Shown here in pieces: positions 45,998 to 61,090 of a DNA stretch of 64,000 nucleotides. The number at the start of each line of letters is the position of its first letter. The first letter of the stretch is position 1. The notes beneath the pieces were generated by a model. It was given only the letters and a program-made list of their open reading frames with translations, made no database searches and had not been told where the DNA came from. The DNA comes from Escherichia coli. GTDB taxonomy: Bacteria > Pseudomonadota > Gammaproteobacteria > Enterobacterales > Enterobacteriaceae. The stretch lies in assembly GCF_009931435.1 (NCBI RefSeq), contig NZ_CP043414.1; one strand, written 5' to 3'. A program made the position numbers and the translations under genes.

Positions 45998-46927
45998 TTA
46001 ATCCAACGTTGGATTCATGTGCCGTAGATCGTATGGCGTGATCTGGTAGACGTAATAGTTGAGCCAGTTGGTAAACAGCAAATTACCGTGACTACGCCAG
46101 CTCGCTCGCGGTGTATTTTGCGGATCATTATGCGGGAAATAGTTATACGGTACATCCGGGTCTAGTCCGGCTTCCACATCGCGGAAAAATTCCTGCGCCA
46201 GCGTATGTGCGTCGTATTCCGGATGCCCCGTCACAAAGGCAATGCGCTTATCTTTGCTGGCAAACAGATATGCATCCCCTTCTTCTGTCTCCGCCAGAAT
46301 TTCCAGATCGGTATAATCACGAATCAACGCTGCCGGAAAGTCAGCATAGCGCGAATGCGGTGCCAGGAATGAATCATCAAAGCCACGCGTCAGAAGCGCA
46401 TGAGGATGGAGAATATGATGCTCGTAAACGCCAGATAGTTTGTCGGTGCGGGTTTGCTTAGGAATGCCGTAGAGGATATTGAGCGCGGCCTGGACCGCCC
46501 AACAGACAAACAGCGTCGAGGTGACGTGATCTTTCGACCACTCCAGCACCTGTTTGATCTGCGGCCAGTAAGCGACATCATTAAACTCCACCAGGCCCAG
46601 CGGCGCGCCGGTAACTATCAGACCGTCAAAGTTTTGTTCCTGAATATCTTCAAAGTTACAGTAGAAGTTATTCAGATGCTCTGCGGGCGTGTTGCGCGAT
46701 TCACGGGAATCGATGCGCAACAGCTGAATATCGACCTGCAAAGGTGAGTTTGAAAGCAGGCGCAAAAACTGATTTTCAGTTTCGATCTTCTTCGGCATCA
46801 GGTTAAGGATAAGCACCTTTAGCGGACGAATTTCCTGACCAGACGCGCGAGAAGTTGTCATCACAAAGACGTTTTCTTCACGCAAGAAATTGACGGCGGG
46901 TAGCTCGTCCGGCACACGAATCGGCAT
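45998..46927 (-). CDS. metA: homoserine O-succinyltransferase
   Basis: 309 aa, [28 protein letters not shown]. Confidence 0.97.
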   Translation of the reverse strand: MPIRVPDELPAVNFLREENVFVMTTSRASGQEIRPLKVLILNLMPKKIETENQFLRLLSNSPLQVDIQLLRIDSRESRNTPAEHLNNFYCNFEDIQEQNFDGLIVTGAPLGLVEFNDVAYWPQIKQVLEWSKDHVTSTLFVCWAVQAALNILYGIPKQTRTDKLSGVYEHHILHPHALLTRGFDDSFLAPHSRYADFPAALIRDYTDLEILAETEEGDAYLFASKDKRIAFVTGHPEYDAHTLAQEFFRDVEAGLDPDVPYNYFPHNDPQNTPRASWRSHGNLLFTNWLNYYVYQITPYDLRHMNPTLD

Positions 46928-46946
46928 AACCTGATTACCTCACTAC

Positions 46947-46978
46947 ATACGCTTATACGTTTAGACATCCAGATAGCT
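46947..46978 (-). promoter_or_regulatory. MetJ operator: four tandem 8-bp met boxes upstream of metA
   Basis: Minus-strand AGCTATCT GGATGTCT AAACGTAT AAGCGTAT versus consensus AGACGTCT. Confidence 0.65.
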
Positions 46979-47083
46979 GAAGATAACCAGAAAATTTGCC
47001 AATGTCGAGCCTGCATGTTGAAGGTGAGAAAGTTTCAAGGAAAAGGCTACGTTAGAATATAAGAATGACGAAAAGGAGAGAAA

Positions 47084-47527
47084 ATGGTTATTAGTATTCG
47101 CCGCTCACGGCATGAGGAAGGGGAAGAACTGGTTGCGATTTGGTGCCGTTCTGTCGATGCCACTCACGATTTTTTATCAGCAGAGTATCGGGCCGAGCTG
47201 GAAGAGCTGGTGCGTTCCTTCCTGCCGGAAGCGCCGTTGTGGGTCGCGGTTAATGAGCGGGATCGGCCGGTTGGGTTTATGTTGTTAAGTGGGCAGCATA
47301 TGGATGCGCTGTTTATCGATCCTGATGTGCGCGGCTGCGGCGTGGGTCGGATGCTGGTGGAACATGCGCTCTCGATAGCACCGGAACTGACAACCAATGT
47401 TAATGAGCAAAATGCCCGGGCGGTAGGGTTCTATAAGAAGTTGGGATTTAAGGTTACGGGACGCTCTGAGGTGGACGATTTGGGGAAACCGTATCCGTTG
47501 CTGAATCTGGCGTATGTGGAGGCGTAG
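47084..47527 (+). CDS. yjaB: GNAT-family N-acetyltransferase
   Basis: 147 aa with acetyl-CoA-binding motif RGCGVGRMLVEHA. Confidence 0.9.
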   Translation: MVISIRRSRHEEGEELVAIWCRSVDATHDFLSAEYRAELEELVRSFLPEAPLWVAVNERDRPVGFMLLSGQHMDALFIDPDVRGCGVGRMLVEHALSIAPELTTNVNEQNARAVGFYKKLGFKVTGRSEVDDLGKPYPLLNLAYVEA

Positions 47528-47590
47528 GCAATTTTTTTCTCATCCCGGTGAGCTGAACTTCAGGTTTCGTACCCACCAATGGTGACATGA

Positions 47591-47974
47591 TTATTTCTGC
47601 TTAAGCATTGCCATGACCGCACTATCACTGAGCACCACTGATTGCGCATGGATGTGGAAATGGCGATATTTCATTAACGTTGCACCAGCGACCACTTCAT
47701 GAAGAATGCGTTCCTCAACCTGTGACAAACCGCCCTCATTCATTTCCAGCGCGCTCACAACAATATCCATACGTTTTGCTGGCAAAAAAGAGTACCAGGG
47801 TGAACGTGGGTGGAGTTGCAAAACAAGATCTTGCAGAACTTTTTCTGCAACAAAGAAATTGGCGATTAACAGGCGCTGGTTACTGAAGGCAGCCTCTCCT
47901 GACACTTCACGTTTGCTTTCAAGATCGCGAACAGTAATTTGATTACGACGAATTTGGATATACAGAACTGACAT
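47591..47974 (-). CDS. yjaA: stress-induced protein YjaA
   Basis: 127 aa from MSVLYIQIRRNQITVRDLESKRE. Confidence 0.85.
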   Translation of the reverse strand: MSVLYIQIRRNQITVRDLESKREVSGEAAFSNQRLLIANFFVAEKVLQDLVLQLHPRSPWYSFLPAKRMDIVVSALEMNEGGLSQVEERILHEVVAGATLMKYRHFHIHAQSVVLSDSAVMAMLKQK

Positions 47975-48008
47975 GAGATTCCCTTCATCATGCAAATAAT
48001 TGATATGC

Positions 48009-48036
48009 AAAAAGGCCCAGTCTTCCGACTGGGCCT
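48009..48036 (-). terminator. rRNA operon terminator
   Basis: Minus-strand ggcccagtc-ggaa-gactgggcc hairpin followed by a T-run, just 3' of the 5S gene. Confidence 0.75.
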
Positions 48037-48049
48037 TCTGCTTAATTTG

Positions 48050-48169
48050 ATGCCTGGCAGTTCCCTACTCTCGCATGGGGAGACCCCACACTACCATCGG
48101 CGCTACGGCGTTTCACTTCTGAGTTCGGCATGGGGTCAGGTGGGACCACCGCGCTAAGGCCGCCAGGCA
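48050..48169 (-). rRNA. rrfE: 5S ribosomal RNA
   Basis: 120 nt reverse complement of 5S rRNA (TGCCTGGCGGC...CTGCCAGGCAT); operon identity from flanking metA and purH. Confidence 0.95.
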
Positions 48170-48252
48170 AATTCTGTTTCATCAGACCGCTTCTGCGTTC
48201 TGATTTAATCTGTATCAGGCTGAAAATCTTCTCTCAATCCGCCAAAACATCT

Positions 48253-51167
<2,915 letters not shown>

Positions 51168-51360
51168 TCACAACCCGAAGATGTTTCTTGCGATTCATCA
51201 TCGTGTTGCGAAAATTTGAGAGACTCACGAACAACTTTCGTTGTTCAGTGTTTCAATTTTCAGCTTGATCCAGATTTTTAAAGAGCAAATATCTCAAACG
51301 TCACCCGAAGATGAGTTTTGAGATATTAAGGCAGGTGACTTTCACTCACAAACCAGCAAG

Positions 51361-51436
51361 TGGCGTCCCCTAGGGGATTCGAACCCCTGTTACCGCCGTG
51401 AAAGGGCGGTGTCCTGGGCCTCTAGACGAAGGGGAC
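51361..51436 (-). tRNA. gltV: tRNA-Glu (UUC) in the 16S-23S spacer
   Basis: Reverse complement reads GTCCCCTTCGTCTAGAGGCCCAGGACACCGCCCTTTCACGGCGGTAACAGGGGTTCGAATCCCCTAGGGGACGCCA. Confidence 0.95.
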
Positions 51437-51521
51437 GTATCAGTCTGCTTCGCAAGACGCCTTGCTTTTCACTTTCTATCAGACAATCTGTGTGAGCACT
51501 GCAAAGTACGCTTCTTTAAGG

Positions 51522-53063
<1,542 letters not shown>

Positions 53064-53188
53064 AAAAGTTTGATGCTCAAAGAATTAAACTTCGTAATGA
53101 ATTACGTGTTCACTCTTGAGACTTGGTATTCATTTTTCGTCTTGCGACGTTAAGAATCCGTATCTTCGAGTGCCCACACAGATTGTCT

Positions 53189-53208
53189 GATAAATTGTTA
53201 AAGAGCAG
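53189..53208 (-). promoter_or_regulatory. rRNA leader boxA antitermination element
   Basis: Minus-strand TGCTCTTTAACAATTTATCA. Confidence 0.8.
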
Positions 53209-53229
53209 TTGCGACGCGGCTTTCAACTC

Positions 53230-53390
53230 ACTGTCGCGAGGTGGCGTATATTACGCTTTCCTCTTTCAGAGTCAACCCTGAATTTCAGGATTTTTCTCTT
53301 CAACCGAACCGGCTGTTTGTGTGAAGTGATTCACATCCGCCGTGTCGATGGAGGCGCATTATAGGGAGTTCTCCGCAGGCCGCAATAGAA
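53230..53390 (-). promoter_or_regulatory. rRNA operon tandem promoters P1 and P2
   Basis: P1 minus-strand TTGCGG-N16-TATAAT-GCGCC (-10 at 53358-53363) with AT-rich UP region upstream; P2 TTGACT-N17-TAATAT near 53235-53270. Confidence 0.8.
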
Positions 53391-53556
53391 AAATTGCAGA
53401 AAAATGACTGACTGCTGCATTCCCCAGCAAAACCCCGCTTTATACCTTTTTACGCACAGAGTTATCCACAATCATCAATGTAATTTCTGTATTTTTCCCA
53501 CGGTAAACACTGTCAAAATTGTGATCACCATTGAAAGAGAAAAATTCGCGAGCGTT

Positions 53557-53573
53557 GCGCAAACGTTTTCGTT
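53557..53573 (+). promoter_or_regulatory. PurR operator at the purHD promoter
   Basis: gcgcaaacgttttcgt matches the PUR box ACGCAAACGTTTTCNT. Confidence 0.75.
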
Positions 53574-53679
53574 ACAATGCGGGCGAAAAATAAGGATGCC
53601 CCGTTAGGGGCGTTAGCTGAGTTTTTCGCGAAAAATTCAGCTAACGCTCTCTGTAATAGTCAAATCCAGGGGATTTACC

Positions 53680-55269
53680 ATGCAACAACGTCGTCCAGTC
53701 CGCCGCGCTCTGCTCAGTGTTTCTGACAAAGCCGGTATCGTCGAATTCGCCCAGGCACTTTCCGCACGCGGTGTGGAGCTGCTGTCTACAGGGGGCACTG
53801 CTCGTCTGTTAGCAGAAAAGGGTCTGCCGGTAACCGAAGTTTCCGATTACACCGGTTTCCCGGAGATGATGGATGGACGCGTGAAGACCCTGCATCCAAA
53901 AGTGCATGGTGGCATTCTGGGCCGTCGCGGCCAGGACGATGCCGTTATGGAAGAACATCAGATCCAACCTATCGATATGGTGGTTGTTAACCTCTATCCG
54001 TTCGCCCAGACCGTGGCCCGTGAAGGTTGCTCTCTGGAAGATGCGGTTGAGAACATCGATATCGGTGGTCCAACGATGGTGCGCTCCGCCGCCAAGAACC
54101 ATAAAGATGTCGCAATCGTGGTGAAGAGCAGCGACTACGACGCCATTATTAAAGAGATGGATGCCAACGAAGGATCGCTGACGCTTGCAACCCGTTTCGA
54201 TCTCGCTATCAAAGCCTTCGAACACACCGCCGCCTACGACAGCATGATTGCCAACTACTTCGGCAGCATGGTTCCGGCTTATCACGGTGAAAGCAAAGAG
54301 GCCGCCGGTCGCTTCCCGCGTACGCTGAACCTGAACTTCATTAAGAAGCAGGATATGCGCTACGGCGAGAACAGCCACCAGCAGGCTGCCTTCTATATAG
54401 AAGAGAATGTGAAAGAAGCCTCCGTTGCCACCGCAACCCAGGTTCAGGGTAAAGCCCTCTCTTATAACAACATCGCCGATACCGATGCGGCGCTGGAGTG
54501 CGTGAAAGAGTTCGCCGAGCCGGCATGTGTGATTGTGAAGCACGCCAACCCTTGCGGTGTGGCTATCGGCAATTCCATTCTTGATGCTTACGATCGCGCG
54601 TATAAAACCGACCCCACCTCGGCGTTCGGCGGCATTATCGCCTTTAACCGCGAGCTGGATGCTGAAACCGCACAGGCCATCATTTCTCGTCAGTTTGTCG
54701 AAGTGATTATTGCGCCGTCCGCCAGCGAAGAAGCGTTGAAAATCACCGCCGCTAAACAGAACGTACGTGTCCTGACCTGCGGTCAGTGGGCCGAGCGTGT
54801 TCCAGGCCTTGATTTCAAACGCGTGAACGGTGGTCTGCTGGTTCAGGATCGCGATCTGGGGATGGTCGGTGCGGAAGAACTGCGCGTCGTCACCAAACGT
54901 CAGCCGACTGAACAGGAACTGCGTGATGCACTGTTCTGCTGGAAAGTGGCGAAGTTCGTGAAATCCAACGCTATCGTCTATGCCAAAAACAATATGACCA
55001 TCGGTATTGGCGCGGGCCAGATGAGCCGCGTGTACTCCGCGAAAATCGCCGGTATTAAAGCTGCCGATGAAGGCCTGGAAGTGAAAGGTTCCTCGATGGC
55101 TTCTGACGCGTTCTTCCCGTTCCGCGACGGTATTGATGCCGCCGCCGCTGCGGGCGTGACCTGCGTAATCCAGCCTGGCGGTTCTATCCGTGATGACGAA
55201 GTAATTGCCGCCGCCGACGAGCACGGTATTGCGATGCTCTTCACCGACATGCGCCACTTCCGCCATTAA
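53680..55269 (+). CDS. purH: bifunctional AICAR transformylase / IMP cyclohydrolase
   Basis: 529 aa, [27 protein letters not shown]. Confidence 0.98.
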   Translation: MQQRRPVRRALLSVSDKAGIVEFAQALSARGVELLSTGGTARLLAEKGLPVTEVSDYTGFPEMMDGRVKTLHPKVHGGILGRRGQDDAVMEEHQIQPIDMVVVNLYPFAQTVAREGCSLEDAVENIDIGGPTMVRSAAKNHKDVAIVVKSSDYDAIIKEMDANEGSLTLATRFDLAIKAFEHTAAYDSMIANYFGSMVPAYHGESKEAAGRFPRTLNLNFIKKQDMRYGENSHQQAAFYIEENVKEASVATATQVQGKALSYNNIADTDAALECVKEFAEPACVIVKHANPCGVAIGNSILDAYDRAYKTDPTSAFGGIIAFNRELDAETAQAIISRQFVEVIIAPSASEEALKITAAKQNVRVLTCGQWAERVPGLDFKRVNGGLLVQDRDLGMVGAEELRVVTKRQPTEQELRDALFCWKVAKFVKSNAIVYAKNNMTIGIGAGQMSRVYSAKIAGIKAADEGLEVKGSSMASDAFFPFRDGIDAAAAAGVTCVIQPGGSIRDDEVIAAADEHGIAMLFTDMRHFRH

Positions 55270-55280
55270 TGGAGCGACAG

Positions 55281-56570
55281 ATGAAAGTATTAGTCATTGG
55301 TAACGGCGGGCGCGAGCACGCGCTGGCCTGGAAAGCGGCCCAGTCGCCGCTGGTTGAGACTGTTTTTGTTGCTCCGGGTAACGCAGGTACTGCGTTGGAA
55401 CCCACGCTGCAAAACGTCGCTATCGGCGTGACCGATATCCCGGCGCTGCTGGATTTCGCACAAAACGAAAAGATCGATCTGACCATCGTCGGCCCGGAAG
55501 CACCGCTGGTGAAAGGCGTGGTCGATACTTTCCGCGCCGCCGGGCTGAAAATCTTCGGCCCAACCGCAGGTGCCGCGCAACTTGAAGGCTCGAAAGCGTT
55601 TACCAAGGATTTCCTGGCCCGCCATAAGATCCCTACGGCGGAATACCAGAACTTCACCGAGGTCGAACCTGCGCTGGCGTATCTGCGTGAAAAAGGCGCG
55701 CCCATCGTTATTAAAGCTGACGGTCTGGCTGCCGGGAAAGGCGTTATCGTGGCGATGACGCTGGAAGAAGCGGAAGCGGCTGTTCACGATATGCTGGCGG
55801 GCAACGCTTTTGGCGACGCGGGTCATCGCATCGTTATCGAAGAGTTCCTCGATGGCGAAGAAGCGAGCTTTATCGTGATGGTGGACGGCGAGCATGTGCT
55901 GCCGATGGCCACCAGTCAGGACCACAAACGCGTAGGTGATAAAGATACCGGGCCGAACACGGGCGGGATGGGCGCTTACTCCCCTGCACCAGTGGTGACC
56001 GATGAGGTTCATCAGCGCACCATGGAACGTATCATCTGGCCAACCGTGAAAGGCATGGCAGCGGAAGGCAGCACCTACACCGGTTTTCTCTACGCGGGCC
56101 TGATGATCGACAAACAGGGCAATCCGAAGGTTATCGAATTTAACTGCCGCTTTGGCGATCCGGAAACCCAGCCGATTATGCTACGCATGAAGTCCGATCT
56201 GGTTGAGCTTTGCCTGGCGGCCTGTGAAGGTACGCTTGACGAGAAAACGTCCGAGTGGGATGAACGCGCTTCTCTCGGCGTGGTGATGGCTGCGGGTGGA
56301 TATCCGGGCGATTACCGCACCGGCGATGTGATCCACGGCCTGCCGCTGGAAGAAGCGTCTGACGGCAAAGTGTTCCACGCGGGCACAAAACTGGCGGATG
56401 ACGAGCAGGTGGTAACCAGCGGCGGGCGCGTACTGTGCGTCACCGCGCTGGGTCATACCGTGGCAGAAGCGCAGAAACGCGCTTATGCCTTAATGACCAA
56501 TATCCATTGGGACGATTGCTTCTGCCGGAAGGATATCGGCTGGCGCGCCATCGAACGCGAGCAGAACTAA
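55281..56570 (+). CDS. purD: phosphoribosylamine-glycine ligase
   Basis: 429 aa from MKVLVIGNGGREHALAW, 9 bp after the purH stop. Confidence 0.97.
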   Translation: MKVLVIGNGGREHALAWKAAQSPLVETVFVAPGNAGTALEPTLQNVAIGVTDIPALLDFAQNEKIDLTIVGPEAPLVKGVVDTFRAAGLKIFGPTAGAAQLEGSKAFTKDFLARHKIPTAEYQNFTEVEPALAYLREKGAPIVIKADGLAAGKGVIVAMTLEEAEAAVHDMLAGNAFGDAGHRIVIEEFLDGEEASFIVMVDGEHVLPMATSQDHKRVGDKDTGPNTGGMGAYSPAPVVTDEVHQRTMERIIWPTVKGMAAEGSTYTGFLYAGLMIDKQGNPKVIEFNCRFGDPETQPIMLRMKSDLVELCLAACEGTLDEKTSEWDERASLGVVMAAGGYPGDYRTGDVIHGLPLEEASDGKVFHAGTKLADDEQVVTSGGRVLCVTALGHTVAEAQKRAYALMTNIHWDDCFCRKDIGWRAIEREQN

Positions 56571-57892
56571 CGCGACAGTTTTGCCAATAGCGTTTTGCGC
56601 GTAATCCCTAACTGACGGGCGGCTTCGGTTTTGTTGCCGCCCGTTTTCTCCAGCGCCGCCAGAATCACTTCTTTTTCGACTTCCACCAGCGGCTGAATAT
56701 CCTGACTTTGCACCAGCGGGATCGGCGTACTGGCAATCGCCAGCGGCAGCTCGCGTTCGGAAATATATTCCCCGGTCAGCAGCACCACCGCCCGTTCCAC
56801 CGCGTTTTCCAGTTCACGAATATTTCCCGGCCAGTCGTAGTGAATCAGCAGATCCATCGCCTGGGGCGTAAACCCTTTTACCGCCTTGCGATTGCGTTCG
56901 GCAAAGCGCTGCAGAAAATGACCAGCCAGCAGAGGAATATCTTCCCGCCGCTGACGCAGCGGCGGTACTTCAATCGCCACCACATTCAGGCGATAGTAGA
57001 GATCCTGGCGAAAACGCCCGGCATTCACCTCAGCGGCAAGATCGCGATGAGTCGCCGCAATCAGCCGGACATCAACCGAGATAGTCTGATTGCTGCCGAC
57101 ACGCTGAACTTCGCGCTCCTGAATCGCACGCAGCAGACGAACCTGCATCATCGGCGAGATATCGCCAATTTCATCGAGAAACAGCGTGCCGCCGTCCGCC
57201 TCAACAAAGCGCCCTTCCCGCCGTTTGTCGGCTCCGGTAAACGCCCCTTTTTCGTGACCGAACAATTCAGATTCCAGTAAGGATTCGTTGAGTGCCGCAC
57301 AGTTGAGCGTTACCAGCGGCTTTTCACTCCGTGCGCTACTGGCGTGAATCGCCCTGGCGACCAGCTCTTTACCGGTGCCGGAATCGCCGTGGATCAGCAC
57401 CGTGGCTTCCGATGGCGCGACGAGGGCAATTTCACTGAGCAGGTGCTGCATCGCCGGGCTTTTACCGACCATACCGAACTGGCTGGCAGACACCGCAGGC
57501 GTTTCAGCATCAACACTGTGCGTATGCGCAAGCGCCTTTTCCAGGGTTGCCTGCAGGTTATCGAAATCCAGCGGCTTGATGAGATAATCCAGCGCCCCGG
57601 TTTTCAACGCCTCTACCGCCGTCTCGACGCTGGAGTACGCGGTCATAATCAGTACCGGAATTGCCGGATTTAACGCTTTGATCTCTTTCAGCGTGGCGAT
57701 GCCATCCATCTCTGCCATTCGCACATCACAAAGCACAAGATCAAAAACCTGTTCCCGCACTTGCTCCAGCGCCTGTCGCCCGCTGTTCGCCAGCGCGACG
57801 TTATAGCCCCAGCCGCGCAGCAATGCCTGCAAGATAGTGCAGTGGCTAATGTCATCATCCACCACCAGAATATCGATATTATCGTGCGTCAT
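56567..57892 (-). CDS. zraR: sigma54-dependent response regulator (NtrC family)
   Basis: 441 aa; receiver domain, AAA+ domain with GESGTGKE-like Walker A (GDSGTGKE) and GAFTGA, C-terminal HTH. Confidence 0.96.
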   Translation of the reverse strand: MTHDNIDILVVDDDISHCTILQALLRGWGYNVALANSGRQALEQVREQVFDLVLCDVRMAEMDGIATLKEIKALNPAIPVLIMTAYSSVETAVEALKTGALDYLIKPLDFDNLQATLEKALAHTHSVDAETPAVSASQFGMVGKSPAMQHLLSEIALVAPSEATVLIHGDSGTGKELVARAIHASSARSEKPLVTLNCAALNESLLESELFGHEKGAFTGADKRREGRFVEADGGTLFLDEIGDISPMMQVRLLRAIQEREVQRVGSNQTISVDVRLIAATHRDLAAEVNAGRFRQDLYYRLNVVAIEVPPLRQRREDIPLLAGHFLQRFAERNRKAVKGFTPQAMDLLIHYDWPGNIRELENAVERAVVLLTGEYISERELPLAIASTPIPLVQSQDIQPLVEVEKEVILAALEKTGGNKTEAARQLGITRKTLLAKLSR

Positions 57893-59265
57893 CCTTGTGG
57901 GTCCTTACGCGTAATATTGACCGGAAGCCAGAGGGTGAACGTTGCACCTTTCCCCTCCTGGCTTACGACCTGAATTGTACCACCGTGTTGTTCAACAATA
58001 TTATGCACAACCGCCAGCCCCAGTCCGGTGCCTTCGGCTTTGGTGGTGAAGTACGGGGTGAAGATGGCTTCAAGCTGATCCGCCGCAATTCCCTTACCGC
58101 TGTCGGTTACGCTTATTTTAACGCCTGCGCTGCTTTCGTTGGCCGTCACGCTAATCACGCCATGCTGACCAATAGCCTGAATAGCATTGAGATAGAGATT
58201 CAACAGGACCTGAGTCAGTCGGTCCGGATCGGCCTGTATCTCCGGCAATGCGTCGTTGGCGGTAAAGCGTAATTGGATCTCCCTACTGTTTGCATCCTGG
58301 CTTACCAGTTGTAATGAGTGGTTAATCAGCGTGTTGAGATCCACCGCCTTCAAAGCAAGATGCGTTGGCTTAACCAGCTCCAGCAGCTCGCTTACCACGC
58401 GGTTTAAACGGTCGGCTTCTTTCGCCATCACCTGCGCCAATTGATGCGCTTCTCCTCCTGCTGGTGCGCGTTCGGCAAAATATTTCGCCAGCCCTTTAAT
58501 CGAGGAAAGCGGGTTACGGATTTCATGGGCGACGCCTGCGGCCAGATGTCCCAGCGCCACCAGCTTCTCTTTGCGCTTCATTTCATCCTGTAACAGCTGG
58601 CGCGAGCGAAGATAGCGGCGATACCAGAAGAATGACAACACGCTTGCCAGCAAGACCGTCGCCAGGGCGAAGAGGATAATCAGGGTGTTTCTCTGCTCAC
58701 GCTCTTCGGCACTCACAATGTTACTGGCGTCGAAAGCGATAAAAATTGCTTGTGGTGTCGCGGCATACTGCTGCATATGGCGCATCCGGTGCATTCCAGC
58801 AGCAAACATCGGTTGAAACTGGCGATAAATTTCCAGAACAGGCTCGCCGTCTGCGCTATCGATCCGCCGCCACGCTTCTTCGTCTCCCGGATGTAACTGC
58901 TGCATTTCCTGCGGGGAATAAAGCTGTTTTCCCACCATGCCGGAGTTGCTATGCATCACGATTGTTCCTTGTTCATCCGTGACCGCAAACCAACGCACTC
59001 CTGGCTGCCCAGCCATTTCTTCCAGTAAAGCCTGCTGCTGCGCATGATGCATGCGCATCCCCATACCGACGCGCGAGCCGGATTCGAGAGCGCGGATAAG
59101 TACACTGCCTTTTTCCAGCAGAGTTTGTCTGGCGGCGGCAGTCTCGCGCCCATAATCGCGAATCACGGTCACTGCAAACAACCCCACCAGTCCAACAATG
59201 ACTACGGGAAGGATCGCGCTTAACCATTTTGCTAAGGCATCTTTTGATCGCTGCATAAAACGCAT
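57889..59265 (-). CDS. zraS: sensor histidine kinase
   Basis: 458-aa ORF; H-box HEIRNPLSSIKG; 4-bp overlap with zraR. Confidence 0.95.
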   Translation of the reverse strand: MRFMQRSKDALAKWLSAILPVVIVGLVGLFAVTVIRDYGRETAAARQTLLEKGSVLIRALESGSRVGMGMRMHHAQQQALLEEMAGQPGVRWFAVTDEQGTIVMHSNSGMVGKQLYSPQEMQQLHPGDEEAWRRIDSADGEPVLEIYRQFQPMFAAGMHRMRHMQQYAATPQAIFIAFDASNIVSAEEREQRNTLIILFALATVLLASVLSFFWYRRYLRSRQLLQDEMKRKEKLVALGHLAAGVAHEIRNPLSSIKGLAKYFAERAPAGGEAHQLAQVMAKEADRLNRVVSELLELVKPTHLALKAVDLNTLINHSLQLVSQDANSREIQLRFTANDALPEIQADPDRLTQVLLNLYLNAIQAIGQHGVISVTANESSAGVKISVTDSGKGIAADQLEAIFTPYFTTKAEGTGLGLAVVHNIVEQHGGTIQVVSQEGKGATFTLWLPVNITRKDPQG

Positions 59266-59296
59266 CTTCTTCTTTGCCTGTTCATCCCTTTTTGAC

Positions 59297-59312
59297 AGCA
59301 GAAATCATGCCA
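59297..59312 (-). promoter_or_regulatory. sigma54-type promoter for zraSR
   Basis: Minus-strand TGGCATGATTTCTGCT (GG at -24, GC at -12). Confidence 0.6.
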
Positions 59313-59363
59313 TCTTTTATTAGCACTTACCCTGCGCTTTAACACAAAGGCTTAAGTTTCAAT

Positions 59364-59409
59364 GAGTAAAAATGACTCGCCACACACAGCAGGCGAGTCA
59401 TTTTTACTC
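59364..59409. promoter_or_regulatory. Palindromic enhancer (ZraR binding sites) between zraP and zraS
   Basis: Perfect 18-bp inverted repeat gagtaaaaatgactcgcc / ggcgagtcatttttactc separated by 10 bp. Confidence 0.8.
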
Positions 59410-59451
59410 GTTTATCATGTCATATTGCCCGTCATATCAGCGTTTCGCCGT

Positions 59452-59467
59452 TGGCACGAAAGATGCA
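59452..59467 (+). promoter_or_regulatory. sigma54 promoter of zraP
   Basis: TGGCACGAAAGATGCA about 36 bp upstream of the zraP ATG. Confidence 0.8.
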
Positions 59468-59502
59468 ATACCCGAAGTAAGACAACCACTGGAGGATTAA
59501 CC

Positions 59503-59922
59503 ATGAAACGGAACACGAAAATTGCCCTGGTGATGATGGCGCTTTCAGCAATGGCGATGGGATCGACATCTGCATTTGCTCACGGCGGACACGGTATGTG
59601 GCAGCAAAATGCCGCGCCTTTGACCAGCGAACAACAGACAGCGTGGCAGAAAATCCATAATGACTTTTACGCTCAAAGCAGCGCACTGCAACAGCAACTG
59701 GTGACGAAGCGTTATGAATACAATGCCCTGTTAGCCGCGAACCCACCGGATAGCAGCAAAATTAACGCGGTCGCCAAAGAGATGGAGAATTTGCGTCAGT
59801 CGTTAGATGAGTTACGGGTGAAACGAGATATTGCGATGGCTGAAGCGGGTATTCCGCGCGGTACCGGAATGGGTTACGGCGGCTGCGGTGGTGGCGGTCA
59901 TATGGGTATGGGCCACTGGTAA
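59503..59922 (+). CDS. zraP: zinc-resistance-associated periplasmic protein
   Basis: ATG at 59503 with GGAGG Shine-Dalgarno; signal peptide MKRNTKIALVMMALSAMAMGSTSAFA; Gly/His/Met-rich C-terminus. Confidence 0.93.
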   Translation: MKRNTKIALVMMALSAMAMGSTSAFAHGGHGMWQQNAAPLTSEQQTAWQKIHNDFYAQSSALQQQLVTKRYEYNALLAANPPDSSKINAVAKEMENLRQSLDELRVKRDIAMAEAGIPRGTGMGYGGCGGGGHMGMGHW

Positions 59923-59923
59923 A

Positions 59924-60625
59924 TCAGAACGTTTTCTCATTGGGTTGCCAGCGACAGAAATCAGAGTTTGCCACTAACAGTAATTGCGAACCTTCGGGCG
60001 CTTCCAGCCATGCCACGCTGACATCAACAGAAGAGCGGCTCTGGCGGCGCTCGATATGCGCTATCGCCTGCGAATCTAAATCAGGTTTAATGGTTTGCCC
60101 TTCGCAGGTGGTCACGGTCTGTTCCATCGCATGCCAGCGCCCCTGGCGCAGCACGACTCTCCCCTGACGTAAGGCATCGCTAATCTGGCGGATCTGATCA
60201 GCACGATAACGGTATAAATCGATTTGGTCGTTAGAAAGCTGCTGCTTTTCCCCATCGGATTCACGTTGCATAAAGCTCAGATCGCCGCGATCGTCAAAAC
60301 GCGCGCGAATATTCACCGGCGGTTTGCTGTAAACATTGATATTGATAAGCGTGAGGTTATCGCCCTGCCAGCGATACTCTCGCGTCGTGGTATCGCCACT
60401 GCGCCACGGGCTAAACACAGCAAGCAGATGCACATTATTGCCACTGTCTTTTCGCCAGATACGTACCGCGCCCTGATCTTCAGCAAATCCACTGGCGGTA
60501 AAGGGAGGAAGTGAAGAGTTGTGACTACAGGCAGTGAGAAACAGAGCGCCCGCCAGCATCAATGATCGACGCCAGAAAGACAAAAGGGGTGAAACCACCC
60601 CTTCGTTAAAACTGTTCACTGCCAC
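59924..60625 (-). CDS. yjaH: uncharacterized DUF1481-type protein
   Basis: 233-aa ORF between zraP and hupA. Confidence 0.85.
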   Translation of the reverse strand: MAVNSFNEGVVSPLLSFWRRSLMLAGALFLTACSHNSSLPPFTASGFAEDQGAVRIWRKDSGNNVHLLAVFSPWRSGDTTTREYRWQGDNLTLININVYSKPPVNIRARFDDRGDLSFMQRESDGEKQQLSNDQIDLYRYRADQIRQISDALRQGRVVLRQGRWHAMEQTVTTCEGQTIKPDLDSQAIAHIERRQSRSSVDVSVAWLEAPEGSQLLLVANSDFCRWQPNEKTF

Positions 60626-60631
60626 GCAATC

Positions 60632-60904
60632 TTACTTAACTGCGTCTTTCAGTGCCTTGCCAGAAACAAATGCCGGCACGTTAGCTGCGGCAATTTTGAT
60701 TTCTTTACCGGTCTGCGGGTTGCGGCCAGTACGCTCAGCGCGGTGGTTCACTTTGAAGGTACCGAAACCAACCAGTTGTACAGCATCGCCTTCTTTCAGA
60801 GACTCAGTAATTGCAGCCAGAGTGGACTCCAGAGCAGCTTTAGCCTGGGTTTTGGACAGTTCTGCTTTCTCTGCAATTACATCAATCAGTTGAGTCTTGT
60901 TCAT
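60632..60904 (-). CDS. hupA: DNA-binding protein HU-alpha
   Basis: 90 aa, [71 protein letters not shown]. Confidence 0.98.
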
Positions 60905-61090
60905 AAGTTATCCTTACAATGTGTTTATCGCTTGCTAAGCATCGAGTGCGACGGAAATGCCAGAATAGCACTCTCCTGCATACACGCACCGATAGCCACT
61001 TTTTTTCGCCCCCCAAATGTAGACCAGACGGGGGGCGAAAGGGAAGACTCCAGGTATGACAAATCAGGCGTTAAATCACGTTTTCTGGTC

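Noticed and set aside
53809-55266. 485-aa minus-strand ORF spanning almost all of purH
   Set aside because: Antisense shadow ORF inside a well-supported gene; translation is low-complexity and R/G/H-rich with no start context. Similar shadows lie opposite purD (55290-56012), malK (16080-16658), pgi (26121-26897), aceA (42902-43528), plsB (7832-8548) and dinF (5103-5708).
59362-59502. N-terminal extension making zraP 186 aa
   Set aside because: It would translate through the palindromic enhancer and sigma54 promoter; the ATG at 59503 has a GGAGG Shine-Dalgarno and begins a signal peptide.
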